Positions 28,136 through 41,844 of a stretch of DNA of 64,000 bases are shown in pieces. Both the position numbers and the translations under genes were made by a program. The first letter of the stretch is position 1. Every line of letters begins with the position of its first letter. Under the pieces are notes generated by a model. The model had not been told where the DNA came from. It saw only the letters and a program-made list of their open reading frames with translations, and made no database searches. The DNA is from Octopus sinensis (taxonomy: Eukaryota): the NCBI RefSeq assembly GCF_006345805.1, contig NC_042997.1:125922001-125986000 (forward strand), in the 5' to 3' direction.

Positions 28136-31100
28136 CATATAGGCAACTGCGAAGTATATAAACCCTTATATACATTTAGATATACATATACATCATACAC
28201 ACACATACACGTGGCCTTGTGACACATATGGATGAGGACAGTTGTGTAAAGAAGTGCTGATCTCTAACTGTGGAAGGAACCTGTAGAAGAGGTTGCAATT
28301 TAATTTTATACATCCAGACAAGGATGCTTACTCGCTTCATGTCTTTCTAGCCTTCAGATATATTTTGCATTTAATACCTCACACTTTGTATACAAACATC
28401 ATACAATCAGCCCTTCACTTAGAGAGAGAGAGAGAGAATCCATTTGTAACTATTAGAGTTAAAAGCTCCATCAACATTTTTTTCCAACATGTTCTTAATC
28501 TAACTATGCTTTTCAAAAATTGAATTTCACTGCTAATTACTTCACCTAAGTAACAAGAGTCATTAATTAATTCTAAGGAGTCTTCAAAGTATTTGAAAGA
28601 ACTTATTTCATGAGCACTCTGACAATTAACTCCTCCCGTACAGCTGCTACATATGAAATCTTTCTCCTGGGTTATCTGCCCATTGATTCTACTGAATCTT
28701 TTCTATGCTCAGCTTACACTTGGTACGCAGTACAAAGCTACAAGAAAAACTCCTTTTCTACATTCAGAGTATGACCAGCTCCTTGATGTTAGCTTTATAT
28801 ATCTATACATATATAAATGTGTGTGCGTGTGTGTGTGTCATACATGCATGCATACATACATGCATATACACACACATACACACACATCAATACATCATTT
28901 AACGTCCATGTTCCATGCTGACATGGATTGGACAGTTTAACAAGGATCCAATGAATCCAAGGTCCACATCATGTGTGCCTTGATTCTGAAGGAATCCTTT
29001 TAACTAATTCACACATACACACAAATACACATTTGGTCTCATACACTGAAAATAAGAAACCTGCAAAAAATCCTGAATTATTTAAGATTATTATATTGTC
29101 TGAGACACTCTTTGACATAAAAATTTCAAGTGTTATTATTTTGTCTCTATTGTGAGAGATTCTTAATTGTTAAAATATGAGTCATTCATTATGATTTGGC
29201 TGCCACAGTGAAACGGTTGAGATGCTATATATTATATACCGACACTCTCTTGCTGGCTGACATTAAGAACAACAAAGGGACTGGTTAGTGAGGAATTGTG
29301 CTTTGGAGGATAAAATAGGCTGAGATTCTAAAAATAAAGATACATAATGACTAAGAAAAATGGCAGAGATAAGTTAATTTGAGGATCCAATAATAGATGT
29401 GGCAGAGAAACAGAGGGGATGTAAATTACTAAAAGCATGGTAAAGTGTGGTGGGTGGTTGAGGCATTCTGTGAAAATTAAACTGAAGATATCCAGGCCTA
29501 ACTCAAGAATATTTTAGTTCAGGCATGGCTGCGTGGTTAAAAACTTTGCTTTGCAACCACGTAGTTTAGAGTTCAGTCCTACTGTGAGACACACTGAGCA
29601 TCTTCTACTGTAGCCCTGGGCCAAATGACATATGAGTGAATTGAGAAGATGGAAACTGTGAAGAAGTCCATTGTACACACACATATATATATATAGGGCA
29701 TCCAGCTGTAGAAACTCTGCTAGATCAAGATTGGAGCCTGGTGCAGCCATCTGGTTCGTCAGCCCTCAGTCAAACTCGTCCAACCCATGCTAGCATGGAA
29801 AGCGGACGTTAAACGATGATGATGATATATATATATATATATATGTATATGTGTGTACATATACATATATCGTTTCGTTTAGCGTCCGCTTTCCATGCTA
29901 GCATGGGTTGGACGGGTCAACTGAGGTCTGTGAAGCTGGAAGGCTTCGTCAGGCCCAGTCAGATCTGGCAGTGTTTCTACGGCTGGATGCCCTTCCTAAC
30001 GCCAACCACTCCGCGAGTGTAGTGGGTGTTTTATATATATATATGTATGTATGTATGTATATATAAAATCACAATCAAATGGGAATTGTAGTTGTGATAC
30101 CCGTGCTGGTGGCATGTAAAATGCATCATCCGAACGTGGTTGATGCCAGCACCGCCTTGGCTGGCTTCCGTGCTGGTGCCACATTAAAAGCACCAACTGA
30201 TCGTGGACATTGCCAGCCTCCCCTGGCACCTGTGCCGGTGGCACGTAAAAAGCCCCCACTACACTCACAGAGTGGTTGGCATTAGGAAGGGCAACCAGCT
30301 GTAGAAACACTGCCAGATCAGACTAGAGCCTGGTGCAGCCTCCAGGCTTCTCATATCCCGGTCGAACTGTCCAACCCATGCTAGCATGGAAAACGGACAT
30401 TAAACGATGATGATGATGATGATAATGTACATGTGTGTGGGTGATTGTGTTTTAGTTTGTCCCACACACATGCACACTGCTTGACAACTGGTATCAGTTT
30501 GTTTATGTCACCATAACTTGGTGGTTTGACAAAAGATACCAACAGAATAATATCAAACTTAGTAAAATAAGTGATGGGGGTCAATATATTCGACAGTCTT
30601 CCAGCACGGGTACAGTCCAGTGGCTGAAATATGTGATCCAGTCATGCAAAGGTGTTAGAGCTGAAGAAATAGGACAGATTACTGGAGAGAGGCGGTGCTT
30701 CCCTTGAATGTGGAATCTTTATAGAATATAGAAGCAACAACAGCCATCTGTTCCCAAAATATCAGCAAAGTTGGCCAGTGGACCCCCCCCCCTACCTCGC
30801 TCTCTCTCTGTTTAATCCAGCAAATAACTGAAGCTACACAACATTCAGGAGACAGTAGACACATTGCCAAGCACAAGTACTACACACACACACACACAGC
30901 CAGAGATAACATATACACCTACACTCCACACAGCTATCTGCTAGTAGTAGCAGTAGCAGTAGTAGTGACAACGGCGACAATGATGATGATGATGATATAG
31001 CCCTATTATTGTTACAATACATACACACTCCCTACAATGCAAGATAATAAAAATGGCTAAAATGCTGATGCTGGAAACGACAATGGTAATGGAGTTGGTA

Positions 31101-31260
31101 TCAGAAGTGCCTGCAGTGGTGGTGGTGGTGGTGGTGGTAGTGGTGTTGGTAGTGGCTGTGGTGGTGTTGGTGGCAGCTGTGGTAGTGGAGGTGGTGTTGG
31201 TGGTGGTGGTGGCTGTGGTAGCTGTCGTCTAAGTCTGGTGTGTTGAGCAAGATGGTAGCA

Positions 31261-31340
31261 ACTGTCCCTGATTACACTGTGTATGCACTGCATAATGCAA
31301 AGCTAATGCAATGCAACTAACAATGCAAAACAGACACAGT
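31261..31340 (-). ncRNA. mir-33: pre-miR-33 hairpin; mature 5p about 31328-31307, UUGCAUUGUUAGUUGCAUUGCA
   Basis: The 5p arm is near-identical to canonical GUGCAUUGUAGUUGCAUUGCA with seed UGCAUUG intact. The 3p arm CAGUGCAUACACAGUGUAAUC pairs with it. Basal stem ACUGUGUCUG/CAGGGACAGU. It is sense to SREBP in the intron before the QLLTCD exon. Confidence 0.9.
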
Positions 31341-32771
31341 CAAAAGCAGCCACATCGACATTAGGAGACACGGATTGAAGCTGGTGACGTCAGGAAACAG
31401 CTTTCCCAGCAGGACGCAGGATGGCAGACAGACACAGGGTGCAGAGGAACAACAATAAACAATACAGCACATCTGATGGGGTTGCAACTGCAGCTGCACA
31501 TAGTTTGAATACAATGACTCTTGTGATAGCTGTTTTCTGTTCTGGCAGTGAAAGGCTTTCATGACACAGACATCTACACACATGCACATATTTCATACAA
31601 ACATGCACACACACACACACACAAACACACAAACGAACGATAGATTTTTTTTTAAACTTTGGGCTATTTCATTTTACAGTATTTTTTTTCAAAATTTAAA
31701 TAGTTTGGGAAAGAAATGTTTGTTTGTTGAGACAGTTTACACCTCTCACGTGCAATGTTTTTTTTCATAGATCATCATTTAAAAAGGAAAAAAAAAACTT
31801 GTTCTTTCTCTCAAAGAAACCTAACTACCGTTGAAGTAAGGCTTAAAAAGGAATTAACAAATGTTATTAACAGGAATATACAACCAGAGTTGAAGCAAGA
31901 CCCAAGAGGGGAATTAACAAATGTTATTCAAAGGAATGTGACACAAATGAATTCAAAGACTCAGTCTTTGCTGATAAAATAATGATGATGAAAATAATAA
32001 TGGTTTCAAATTTTAGTACAAGGCCAGCCATTTTTGAACGAGAGGGTTTGTCAGCTACATCAATCCCAGTACTTCGCTGGTACTTTATCACTCCCGAAAA
32101 AATGAAAGGCCAAGTTGACCTTGGTGGCATACAAAGACATGTAGGGAGGAAATATAGTTGATTTTAACTGACTGCAGGACTCTACTTTTCATATAAATTT
32201 AGTATAAAATAAACTGTTTAGGAATCACTTCTTAAGAATGAAAATGATACATGCTTGCATCTAATCATGATTTATTTCAGTGATTCATATAAATTTGCTT
32301 ATAAAGCATATTAAGGATGTGTTGCAATGGCATCCAATACTTTTTGCAAGCAGTTGCTAAGTTTTTATTTATTTGTTTTATTTATAATTTCATCAATCCA
32401 AGGTGATTGGAATTAATGCAACTAAACATTACAATCTATTTTTATCTGTTATTTTTAAAACTCACTAATTTATACAATCTTTATTCAAATTCTCTAACTT
32501 TTACTCTATCATATACCAAAAATATTTTGTAATATCTTTTATGTGTATCATTAGATATATCTAATGATACACATAAAAGAATTGTAATGACTTTTTTAAA
32601 AATCAGTTTAAATGTAACATCGATAATAAAGAAACATAATCTTTTGGTGTAGTAAGCTACTTGCAGCTGTTATTGGCATGTAAAATATATGTATATTTGT
32701 ATGGTGCAGTAAACATAAGTGACATATTATAGTGTCGGTTGAATTAAATAAAAGTAAAAACTGCAGCTTAC

Positions 32772-32943
32772 TTTTACAATATCACTATGTTCAGAACTCT
32801 TTTCAAATTTAAGACTTTCGCGAAGTAAACGACCAGCATGATCACACTGACGTAGTATACTGGAATCTGAAATATTCTGAGCACTGGACAGGAATCGGCG
32901 CCGAGCTTTATAGGCAAAGAAGACAGCTTTGGGCAGTGGATCA
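32772..32943 (-). CDS. SREBF: SREBP exon (C-terminal domain), upstream of the miR-33 intron
   Basis: Reads SDPLPKAVFFAYKARRRFLSSAQNISDSSILRQCDHAGRLLRESLKFEKSSEHSDIVK. Splice sites caacag| and |gtaagc. Confidence 0.93.
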
Positions 32944-34748
32944 CTGTTGAAATGATGTGAGATAGAATAAAACAATCAATGATAAAAACTGATGAAGAGA
33001 TTAAAGTAAAAACAGATCATCAGGATTTTAGATCAAAATACATTAAAAATTTCATAAAGAACTGTAAAAAGAAGAAAAATTAAACGTATCTAAATTTTTG
33101 TTAAAATCTTTAGAATATGTTTAAAATACCAAAATTGCTTATTCTTTTTCTCCAAGTTATCTTTTAATATTTTCTAAAACACAACAACATTTTGAAATAA
33201 AGGATTCAACATTTATCAAGCCTGATTTTTTTTTAATCAATCTAATAAAGTTACAAGAAAAACAAAAGTACTATAACAAAGTAAATATAATTAGCAATGT
33301 GAGGAAAGAAAAACATAACTATATTTGATGATATAAAAGATGCACACCAATTTCAGCAGTAAAAAAAAGGTTTCAGTATATTAAAGCTTATGGGAGGTCC
33401 AACTTTGCATATAGGACCCAGGGTGATTTTCTGAGAAATTTTTTGGGGAAAAAAAATTAGCCTTATCCGCCATCAAATACAGTAATTAATTTCTGGCAAT
33501 GGTACTTGTCACAAAAAAAGGACAAAGATGAGAAGAGGGTAAATAATGTTAGGGAGGGGTGAAGATATTGAAGGGAGATATTGAAGTCAGTGGAACAACA
33601 TTCTTTTGTTAACCAACTACAACTGTCCAAAATGCAGAATTCTCCTGTTCTTTCCTTATTGTATAATTATATTAACGTTGTACTTTTGTTCATTAGTCTT
33701 GTTCTTTTTTTTTTTGCTTTGTCTTTTTTCAAGATTCTAGGTGAATATTCCAATACCAAACAGACAAAGACTACTAGGATTACTGCTGGATTTTTATTAT
33801 TATATCACACTCAACTATCAACTATTTTATGTCCATATTTCTATACAAAAACAACTCGACAAGTCAGCAACTGTTACAGTTCCATTAGTCTTCTTCTTGC
33901 ATCATTTTCTCTATGATGCCCAACCTTCACATTTGGTACTACCAACAGGCACCAACTGAACAAATTTGAATCACTAGTTTACCAAACTGTACACTTACTA
34001 ACAATATTTTTAGACAGCAGAAATAATCCCTAATATCAAGTGATGAAAACTTAGTATTCGATATTAAGGTGTTTATCAAATATTAGGTCAGTCAGTTCAG
34101 AAGAATCTTCTAATACACATAACGGTATCCCAAGTCAAAAAGGGATTCTCTGTGCAGTCAACCTGCTAGAGATAGTAGATGAATCTTCCTCAAGTCACAC
34201 CTTGTTTTATATGAAGTATACAGTAAGTAATTTAGTACTGAGGTGCTCCTGTCCAGAATCCATTTGATCATTGCACTGGTGTGCTTGTTTGCAGGTTACC
34301 TAGAGCCAAACAACAGTTTTGTTATTATCCAGCTGTTACATATATGACTGTTGGTGACCTAATCTCACAGTGTAGAAAAATAGACATCATTAAGGAAGTA
34401 ATTTGCAGTCCTTTGGAGTTTTCAAGTGACCAAACATACAAAAATGCTGATAACGATAGCTGATGAGAGACAGCAGTTATGGGATAACGATGTTGAACAT
34501 CTGACTGCAAAGTCACAAGTTCAAGCATTACTGCAAAATACTGTGTTTAATCTTCCTTGTGTCAGTCATCCAGACTGAAAATGGCTGCCACATTATTTGA
34601 ACAGTTAACAAGAAAAAGAAAACAAAATGTGAACCAATCTTTTCATGTGTAAACATCCATGTTTGGAAGAAAAGAGTTGGAAAATAAATTACATAAATTT
34701 TAATACAGCACAACTACTTCATGTGCTTACAAGTTTAAGGCTAACATA

Positions 34749-35145
34749 GGCGTAGGAGTGACTGTGTGGTAAGTAGCTTGCTTACCAACCACATGGTTTT
34801 GGGTTCGGTCCCACTGCGTGGCACCTTGGGCAAGTGTCTTCTATTATAGCCTCGGGCCTACCAAAGCCTTGTGAGTGGATTTGGTAGACAGAAACTGAAA
34901 GAAGCCCATCGTATATGTGTGTGCATGTGTGTGTGTGTGTTTGTGGGTGTGTGTGTGTTTGTCTTCCCAACATTGCTTGACAACTGATGTTGGTGTGTTT
35001 ACGTCCTCGTAACTTAGCGGTTCGGCAAAAGAAACTGATAGAATAAGTACTAGGTTTACAAAGAATAAGTCCTGGGGTTGATTTGCTCAACTACAGCCGG
35101 TGCTCTAGCATGGCCACAATCAAATGACTGAAACAAGTAAAAGAG
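34749..35145 (+). mobile_element. Full-length tRNA-derived SINE with an internal (GT)n tract
   Basis: Head ggcgtaggagtg...tggtaag...gggttcggtccc and conserved body ending gactgaaacaagtaaaaga. Other copies at 22081-22472(-), 26240-26690(-), 11690-13125(-, split), 6060-6270(-) and 7115-7345(+). Confidence 0.85.
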
Positions 35146-35327
35146 TATATATTTGAAGAGGAAACACATCATGCACACACACACATATACACACTGCTGT
35201 TGCTATTGTTGTTATTGTCATCATCATCATCATCAACAACAGCATGATCATTTACTACAACAGATGTATACAGAAATGCTCTCAAACCATCGTTCATAAA
35301 CAAAAGTGTAAAAGAGTTAATTCCTAC

Positions 35328-35478
35328 CTTGCACCAATAAACTTCTTGGGAAAGACATCAAGAAGATGAAAGTTGCGTTCTGCATTTCCATAATCACCAG
35401 TAAACCAGTAAGTAGCCACATTGACAATAGCTGACCACCACCGAGCAATTTCATCAACATCCAACACAGAAGGAACCA
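35328..35478 (-). CDS. SREBF: SREBP exon (C-terminal domain)
   Basis: Reads VVPSVLDVDEIARWWSAIVNVATYWFTGDYGNAERNFHLLDVFPKKFIGA (D-A-WW...W-GD-A). Splice sites ttgtcag| and |gtagg. Confidence 0.92.
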
Positions 35479-36592
35479 CTGACAAGAAAACAAAAGATGT
35501 TTTGTTTAACCCAATGGCATTCAAATTATTCTGTCAAATGCAATGCTTATTTATTCACATTGTTTTGAATCAATCATGCATTATCTTACAGCTTCAAGAT
35601 TTTGACTGATTTGATTGTTTATCTTTTAGAATGACATTGCAGGGTAAGTGTGAAAGGCTGAATCTAGTTGGTTTGAATATAAAAAAAAAGTAGGACATCT
35701 GGCCTCACTATATAACTTGGTGATGACATTAAGTCAAAAAGACTATATTATATATAAGACATTGATTAATGATGACATTTGTGTTGACAGGCTCTTTTAT
35801 AATTAGGACCTTTGGGTGGATTAATAATGATAATTGTTTCTGGACCACTTCACTATACACCTATTTTACTCTAGGAGGTTAGTTATACAATGATGTTGAA
35901 ATATGTAACAGGGACAAAAACAGGTGTTTTGCCATAGGAGAGATACATGGTTATGCCAGTTAGATAAGAGATACCAAAAAAAAAAAAAAAATACAAAAGG
36001 TTCCTTTGATTTTTTTTTCTTCAATAAGTCAAATAGATTCTATTTCAACGCAACAATCTAATCTTGACAAATGTTGAATATCAACCTCAAAACACATTTA
36101 CAGCTTAGAGGGGGAAAAAACAGTGACAGTTACATCAACAAGAAGCACTTTCCATTTGTTCAAAGAAGTGAGCCAAAACTCATTTTACTACTACTACCAC
36201 TACTGCTGCTGCTGCTACTACTACTACTACTACTACTGCTGCTGCTGCTACTGCTACATCATTATCATCATCATCATCATCATCATCATTTAACATATCT
36301 TTTTCCATGCTGGCATGGACTGGATGGTTTGGCAGGAGTTGGCAAGCAGGAAAGCTGCACCAGGCTCAAAGTGTCTGTTTTGGCATCGTTTCTACAGCTG
36401 GATGCCTGCCCTAATACCAACTACTTTACAGAATATACTTGGTACATTTCACATGGTACCAGAAAGGGTGCTTTTTACATGACATCAGCATGGGTTCTTT
36501 TTATATGGCACCAGCAGCAAAACTTCAATAATGTTCTAGAAACCAGCACTAAGTCTTCCACTCACTGAAACATAAAGAAAACATTCCCCTAC

Positions 36593-36708
36593 CTTGGTTT
36601 GGCAGTTTCACAGACTCTTGAATGAGTATTGTTGATTCTTTTGACTGTAAACAGGAACAATCTGCCAATAACTGTGTGTACTGTGTCACCTCACTGATAA
36701 AACTAGTT
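36593..36708 (-). CDS. SREBF: SREBP exon (C-terminal domain)
   Basis: Reads TSFISEVTQYTQLLADCSCLQSKESTILIQESVKLPNQ (Y-QLL-CS). Phase 2 to 1 bridges the flanking exons exactly. Confidence 0.85.
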
Positions 36709-37059
36709 CTGAAAATACAACCAAAACAATAGCTACAACTTTGGAGTTTCTTAACAACAATATTTCCTATAAACATGTGAAGTGGGGAGAACTAAATGTT
36801 TTACTTCTAAATATCTTATAACTTTCAAACATTGTATAGTCAGAATAATTCAACATTTTTCTTCATTTTCCAAAGCAAACAGGTTGGAATGCTACCAATC
36901 ATAGGTCTACTCAGCCAGAGCTGATCTGAGGATAAACAAAATCAACTAAAAGTCAGGACAAGTAGGGTCTTAAAAACACCAGAATATATCTTGTAACAAA
37001 AATAGGTTAAAATGAAGGTCAAATTTTAAGGAAAACTGTTTTAATCAAACCATCTTGCG

Positions 37060-37359
37060 CAGTGGTTCTCAACCATTTTTTTTACCTATGGACCCCTTTG
37101 ATTAAATATTTTATTTTCGTGGACACCCATAGCCATTCAATGTTTAAAACTAAGTTTTATACATATTCCTTTCAAAATTCCTATTTTGCTTTTCACACAT
37201 TAACTTGTGTAAGTTGAGCTATGTAAAATGTCAGAGAGAGAAATCTAGTTGTTTCGTGCAATAAAGACATCTAAATGAAAATATTTCATGAACCATTAGA
37301 ATACTACTTGTGGATCCTTAATTTACTATTTTGTTAGCATGCCCAATTGAGAAACACTG
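37060..37359. mobile_element. hAT-like MITE; a second copy in opposite orientation at 40936-41217
   Basis: TIRs cagtggttctcaa / ttgagaaacactg. Internal acctatggacccctttgatt is shared with the 41.2-kb copy. The TSD is not clean. Confidence 0.65.
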
Positions 37360-37887
37360 TTCTAATTAGTACCAACAACTGGATGTCACAGCAAAATAAG
37401 TGTTGTAACATTTACATAGACATTTCTCTTTATTATCACTCAATAATAGACTGATATTCCTTTCATAAGAGTATTTCTAATGAAATACACAGCCTGTGAA
37501 TTTCAAAACATTTTTATTAAAAATCAAGAATTGGGAAGAATTTGGTTAAATAAATACCCTTTTCATTAAGCTGATATTTGGAATATGACTTAAGAAAAGG
37601 TTCAGTGATAAAATTACAATGGTAAATGCATTAATCAAATTCATGAACATAGCTGCTTCACCACCTGATGAGACATCAACTTTTGCATACAAGTGCCAAC
37701 TCTAAATGCATCATAGAAGCAAGATTTGATTTAGGTAGGTTGGTATCAAAATCACTAAAGATTCTAATTAGTCAATGAAGGTAGGATCCTAAATCTAGAA
37801 AAAAAAAACTATCCACATTGATTTATAAAACAAGGTGAATATTTAAAAAGAAACATATTTAAAAAGCTTCAAAAACTGATGCAGTAC

Positions 37888-37981
37888 CTTTCCCACTTTT
37901 GAGACGGATTGTTCAAGATAGCAAGTGACTTTGCTAACAGATGTTCACGAAAGTGTCTAGTGACAATAGCCAGAGGATCGA
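37888..37981 (-). CDS. SREBF: SREBP exon (C-terminal domain), not in the ORF track
   Basis: Reads VDPLAIVTRHFREHLLAKSLAILNNPSQKWER, with the DPLA-V-FREHLL motif. Splice sites ttttcag| and |gtactg. Confidence 0.92.
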
Positions 37982-38817
37982 CTGAAAATAGATGAATTGT
38001 TAAAAAAGAATTTAAAATAAAATATCATAACATTTTACAACATGTGGTCCCTTTACTGGTTAAGTAAACCATATAAAGGGTTATGAACTTCCAAATACCA
38101 TGGGGGCAGTGCATAGTATCTTTAGTCAGTGACTCAGCAGTTTTGATGATGTTTTGGAATGGTTACCCTTTATAAATCTATCCATACAACAGTAGATTTA
38201 TAAAGGGAGGTAAAAAGCAACAGAAAATATTTTTTGCTTTGTAATTCACAAGTATAAAGCATTATAACTTGAGGGTAATACACTACAAATTATTCTGCAC
38301 CAAAAGGTGAGACTGAATCTGCATTACTAACAGCAGGCTCTACTCCTCTCAACAGCTAATTGATTAAGCAGCAACAAGCAGAATCATTAGGAAAAACACT
38401 AATTTCAGTCATTTTCAAATGGTCAAATTTGTAATTGCCATTCTGCCTATTTTTAACACTCTTGATGTCAATATGGAGGAATTAATGCAAGATATAAACA
38501 AGAAGCAAAATCAAACAAAATACAAAGTTAACAGAAAAATTAGACAACTGAAATTCATTGTTATTGTTTTAATGTTCACTTTTCTATGCTTGCAAGGGTC
38601 AAACAGTTTATTAAGGTGAATTTTCTATGGCCGGACACTCTTCTTATTGCCAACCCTCACCTATTTCCAAGTAAGGTAATATTTCCCTATAGCCAGACAT
38701 GTTTCTGCAGAATATTGGAAGTGAATGACACTGCTTGTGTAACGGTGACACTCGTTTACAACTGACACTCAATGTCAAGATAAGGAGAAGCAAACATACA
38801 TGCACTCTTACACAAAA

Positions 38818-38850
<33 letters not shown>

Positions 38851-39914
38851 CATGCATACATCATCATCATTTAACATCTGCTTTCCATGCTAGCATGGGT
38901 TGGACGGTTTGACTGAGGGCTGGCAAGCCAGATGGCTGTATCAGGCTCCAATCTGATCTGGCAATGTTTCTACAGCTGGATACCCTTCCTAATGCCAACC
39001 ACTCCGAGAGTGTAGAGGGTGCTTTTTACGTGCCACCAGCATGAGGTTCCACCAGGCGGCACTGGCAATAACCACACTTGAATGGTTATGTTTTACATGT
39101 CACCGGCACAGGAGCCAGTCAGGCGGCACTGGCAATGACCACACTCAAATGGTGCTTTTTACATGTCACTGGCACAGAAGCCAGTCAGGCAGCACTGGCA
39201 ACAAATGCATATGTCATATTCTTTTATTCTTTTACTTGATTCAGTCATTAGACTGTGGGCATGCTGGGGCACTACCTCAAAGAATTTTAACCAAACAAAC
39301 CAACCACAGTGCTTAATTTTTTTTCGTTTTTAGTGTTGCTCTGTTATGTCCCCATAATGTGCTGGTGGTACATAATAAGCACCATTCAAGCGTGGGTTGA
39401 TGCCAGTCCCACTTGATTGGCTTTCTGTGCCAATAGCACGTAAAAAGCACCATATGAACAAAGTCGATGCCAGCCCCCACCACCACAACTAGCTCCCATG
39501 CTGGTGGCATGTAAAAAGCACCCACCACACTTTCAGAGTGGTTGGCATTAGGAAGGACATCCAGCTGTAGAAACCTTGCCAGATCTGATTGGGGCCTGGC
39601 ACAGTCTACTGGCTTGCCAGTCCCCAGTCAAACTGTCCAACCCATGCCAGCATGGAAAACGGACGTTAGATGATGAACTTAGCAGTTCAGGAAACGAGTT
39701 CAGTGGAACAAGTACAAGGCTTTAAAATAATAAGTACTAGAGTCAATTCATTGACTAAAATATTCTTCAAGGCAGTGCCCCAGCCACAATCTAATAAGTG
39801 AAACATGTAAAAGATTAAAAAAATCTCCCAAAAAGAAAGAAAATCGTATTTTAAAAATTTCCATCAGAAATAGATTTCAATAATTAAAAACATTTTTTAA
39901 AATTTTCATCTTAC

Positions 39915-40077
39915 CATAATTGCCAATACTGGAGAAAGAACTTTCTTCAAAGCTTATATCCCAGAAACTGTCAACGAAGAATCGGTAACCATCTTTATGG
40001 CATAACCACTGGATATAAGCAGGAACTTTGCCTTCACTGCGAGAACAAGCATGGCTCACTTTATGGAGGAAGTAACG
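39915..40077 (-). CDS. SREBF: SREBP exon (C-terminal domain)
   Basis: Reads RYFLHKVSHACSRSEGKVPAYIQWLCHKDGYRFFVDSFWDISFEESSFSSIGNY, with the WLCH-G-RFF motif. Splice sites ttcag| and |gtaag. Confidence 0.93.
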
Positions 40078-40683
40078 CTGAAAAAGAGGAGATAAATCAA
40101 AATAGAAGTTGAAAGGATTCTAGCTTTAATTTCACTATTGAGAAATTATATAGATTTGTTTAATTTACAGAATGTATAATCACAAGCAAAATAAAACAGA
40201 TTTAGTTTATCTTTTTATTGCTACATCCTGTTGTATTTTGCTAGTGTGTGTGTGTGTGTGTGTATATGAATAGATGTATGAATAGTATGAATAGTATGTA
40301 TTCATTTTCTATAATAAATCATTCATGAATCCCTGAAAGAGACAAAAGTGCTGAATAAAATAGTTTTTTTTTCCTTGACTACCTTCTTTTTCTTAATATA
40401 CATATACATATACATATATATGTATGAGTGTGTGCATGCATGCGTGTGTGTGAGCACACACATGCTCACATGTGTATGTAAATGTAAGATCCAAGGATCA
40501 TGGTATAGGAAAAAGTTAGCTTCAAGCAATCCATAGTGAATATAAAAAACAACTTTCAGGAACAATAGTGGTTTATTGAGGTGGAAAGTTGTGGATTTTT
40601 TTATTGAATAAGAAATGAAACATACATAGCCCAGATCTCATCTACTCCATTCCTTAACTCTTGTCTATGTATGTATGTGTGTG

Positions 40684-40725
<42 letters not shown>

Positions 40726-41677
40726 TCTTTGGGTGATCACATTATTAGTTATAATACTGAGAAGATGCTAATTCATCTCAAATTAGCTACAATATATTGA
40801 TTCTGTGATATTTTATTTTAACAAGGAAAGTCATAAGTCACATAACTCTAGCATGATAGGTTAATAATGCCCAACATTTATATGTAGACTAGAGCTTTTA
40901 CCCATCAAAACCATTAGAATTAGATCAGTTGAGATCGGTAGTTCTCAACTGAAGTCTAAATGACCCTTGGGGATCTACATGACCCTCAGGAGTCAAAATA
41001 AGATTTTGCTGCTAAAATTTATGTGCAATAAACTGGTTACAGGTTATATTTCTACAAGATACAGAATATTTTAACAATTTTTACTACAATTCCTAATAGT
41101 ATTTACTTATAAGACTATAATAATATGGTTTTTTAAACATTGATTGGTTATGAGGGTCCACTCGAGTAAAACATGAATCAAAGGGGTCCATAGGTAAAAA
41201 AGGGTCAAGAATCATTGGTTTAGCCTTTAATGGTTCAAGGAGTTTGTAAAGTTGGCGGAAGTAATATTAGAACCTAGAAGTGAATGTCATATCATTTAAC
41301 AACAACAATGAAAACAGTATTATGTTCTAGTAGCTATCAAGTAAATTAAATACATTATATATATATAAACAAATATAATTGCAGAAACTGACCAGAGATA
41401 AACAATTATAGGAGAACTGATAAGAACGAACAGGGAAGTAGTTTTATGATAGAAAGATTATCTTGGATTAGTGATTTTAAATCTAACATTCTCTACATAC
41501 ATTTATTTATCAATCATTCATGTTCTTTGCACTTTAAAATACTCAGACATTATTATAGAACATAGCTGTTTTCAATGAACAGATTAATAATTGAGGAGAT
41601 TAAGCTCGCTTAAGAACACTGGGGGTAATCCACTTAGTGGTCGGCATAAATCTTCAAGATCAGTAAAAGCAACTCAC

Positions 41678-41844
41678 ACAGAGAGATTTTAAGTTAAAAG
41701 GGGCACTCTGGTGGATTGTTATGGCCGCTGTAGCATATATCTCAGCGAGAGTAGCAGTAGGAAGCATTTCTCCAGCAGCTTCAGCAAGGTTGACAGCGCA
41801 CAGAGCCAAGTTAATCCCATATGCTGAGCTACCACTGGTGTGAC
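41678..41844 (-). CDS. SREBF: SREBP exon (C-terminal domain), not in the ORF track
   Basis: Manual translation gives GHTSGSSAYGINLALCAVNLAEAAGEMLPTATLAEIYATAAITIHQSAPFNLKSLC, with the NLAL-A-NLAE and LAEIY-TAA motifs. Splice sites cctag| and |gtgagt. Confidence 0.93.

Noticed and set aside
31030-31045. Second miR-33 copy (TGCATTGTAG on minus)
   Set aside because: Only 10 nt match and I found no complementary arm.
31057-31293. Proline-rich ORF next to miR-33
   Set aside because: It is the translation of an imperfect (GGT)n microsatellite, with no splice or homology support.
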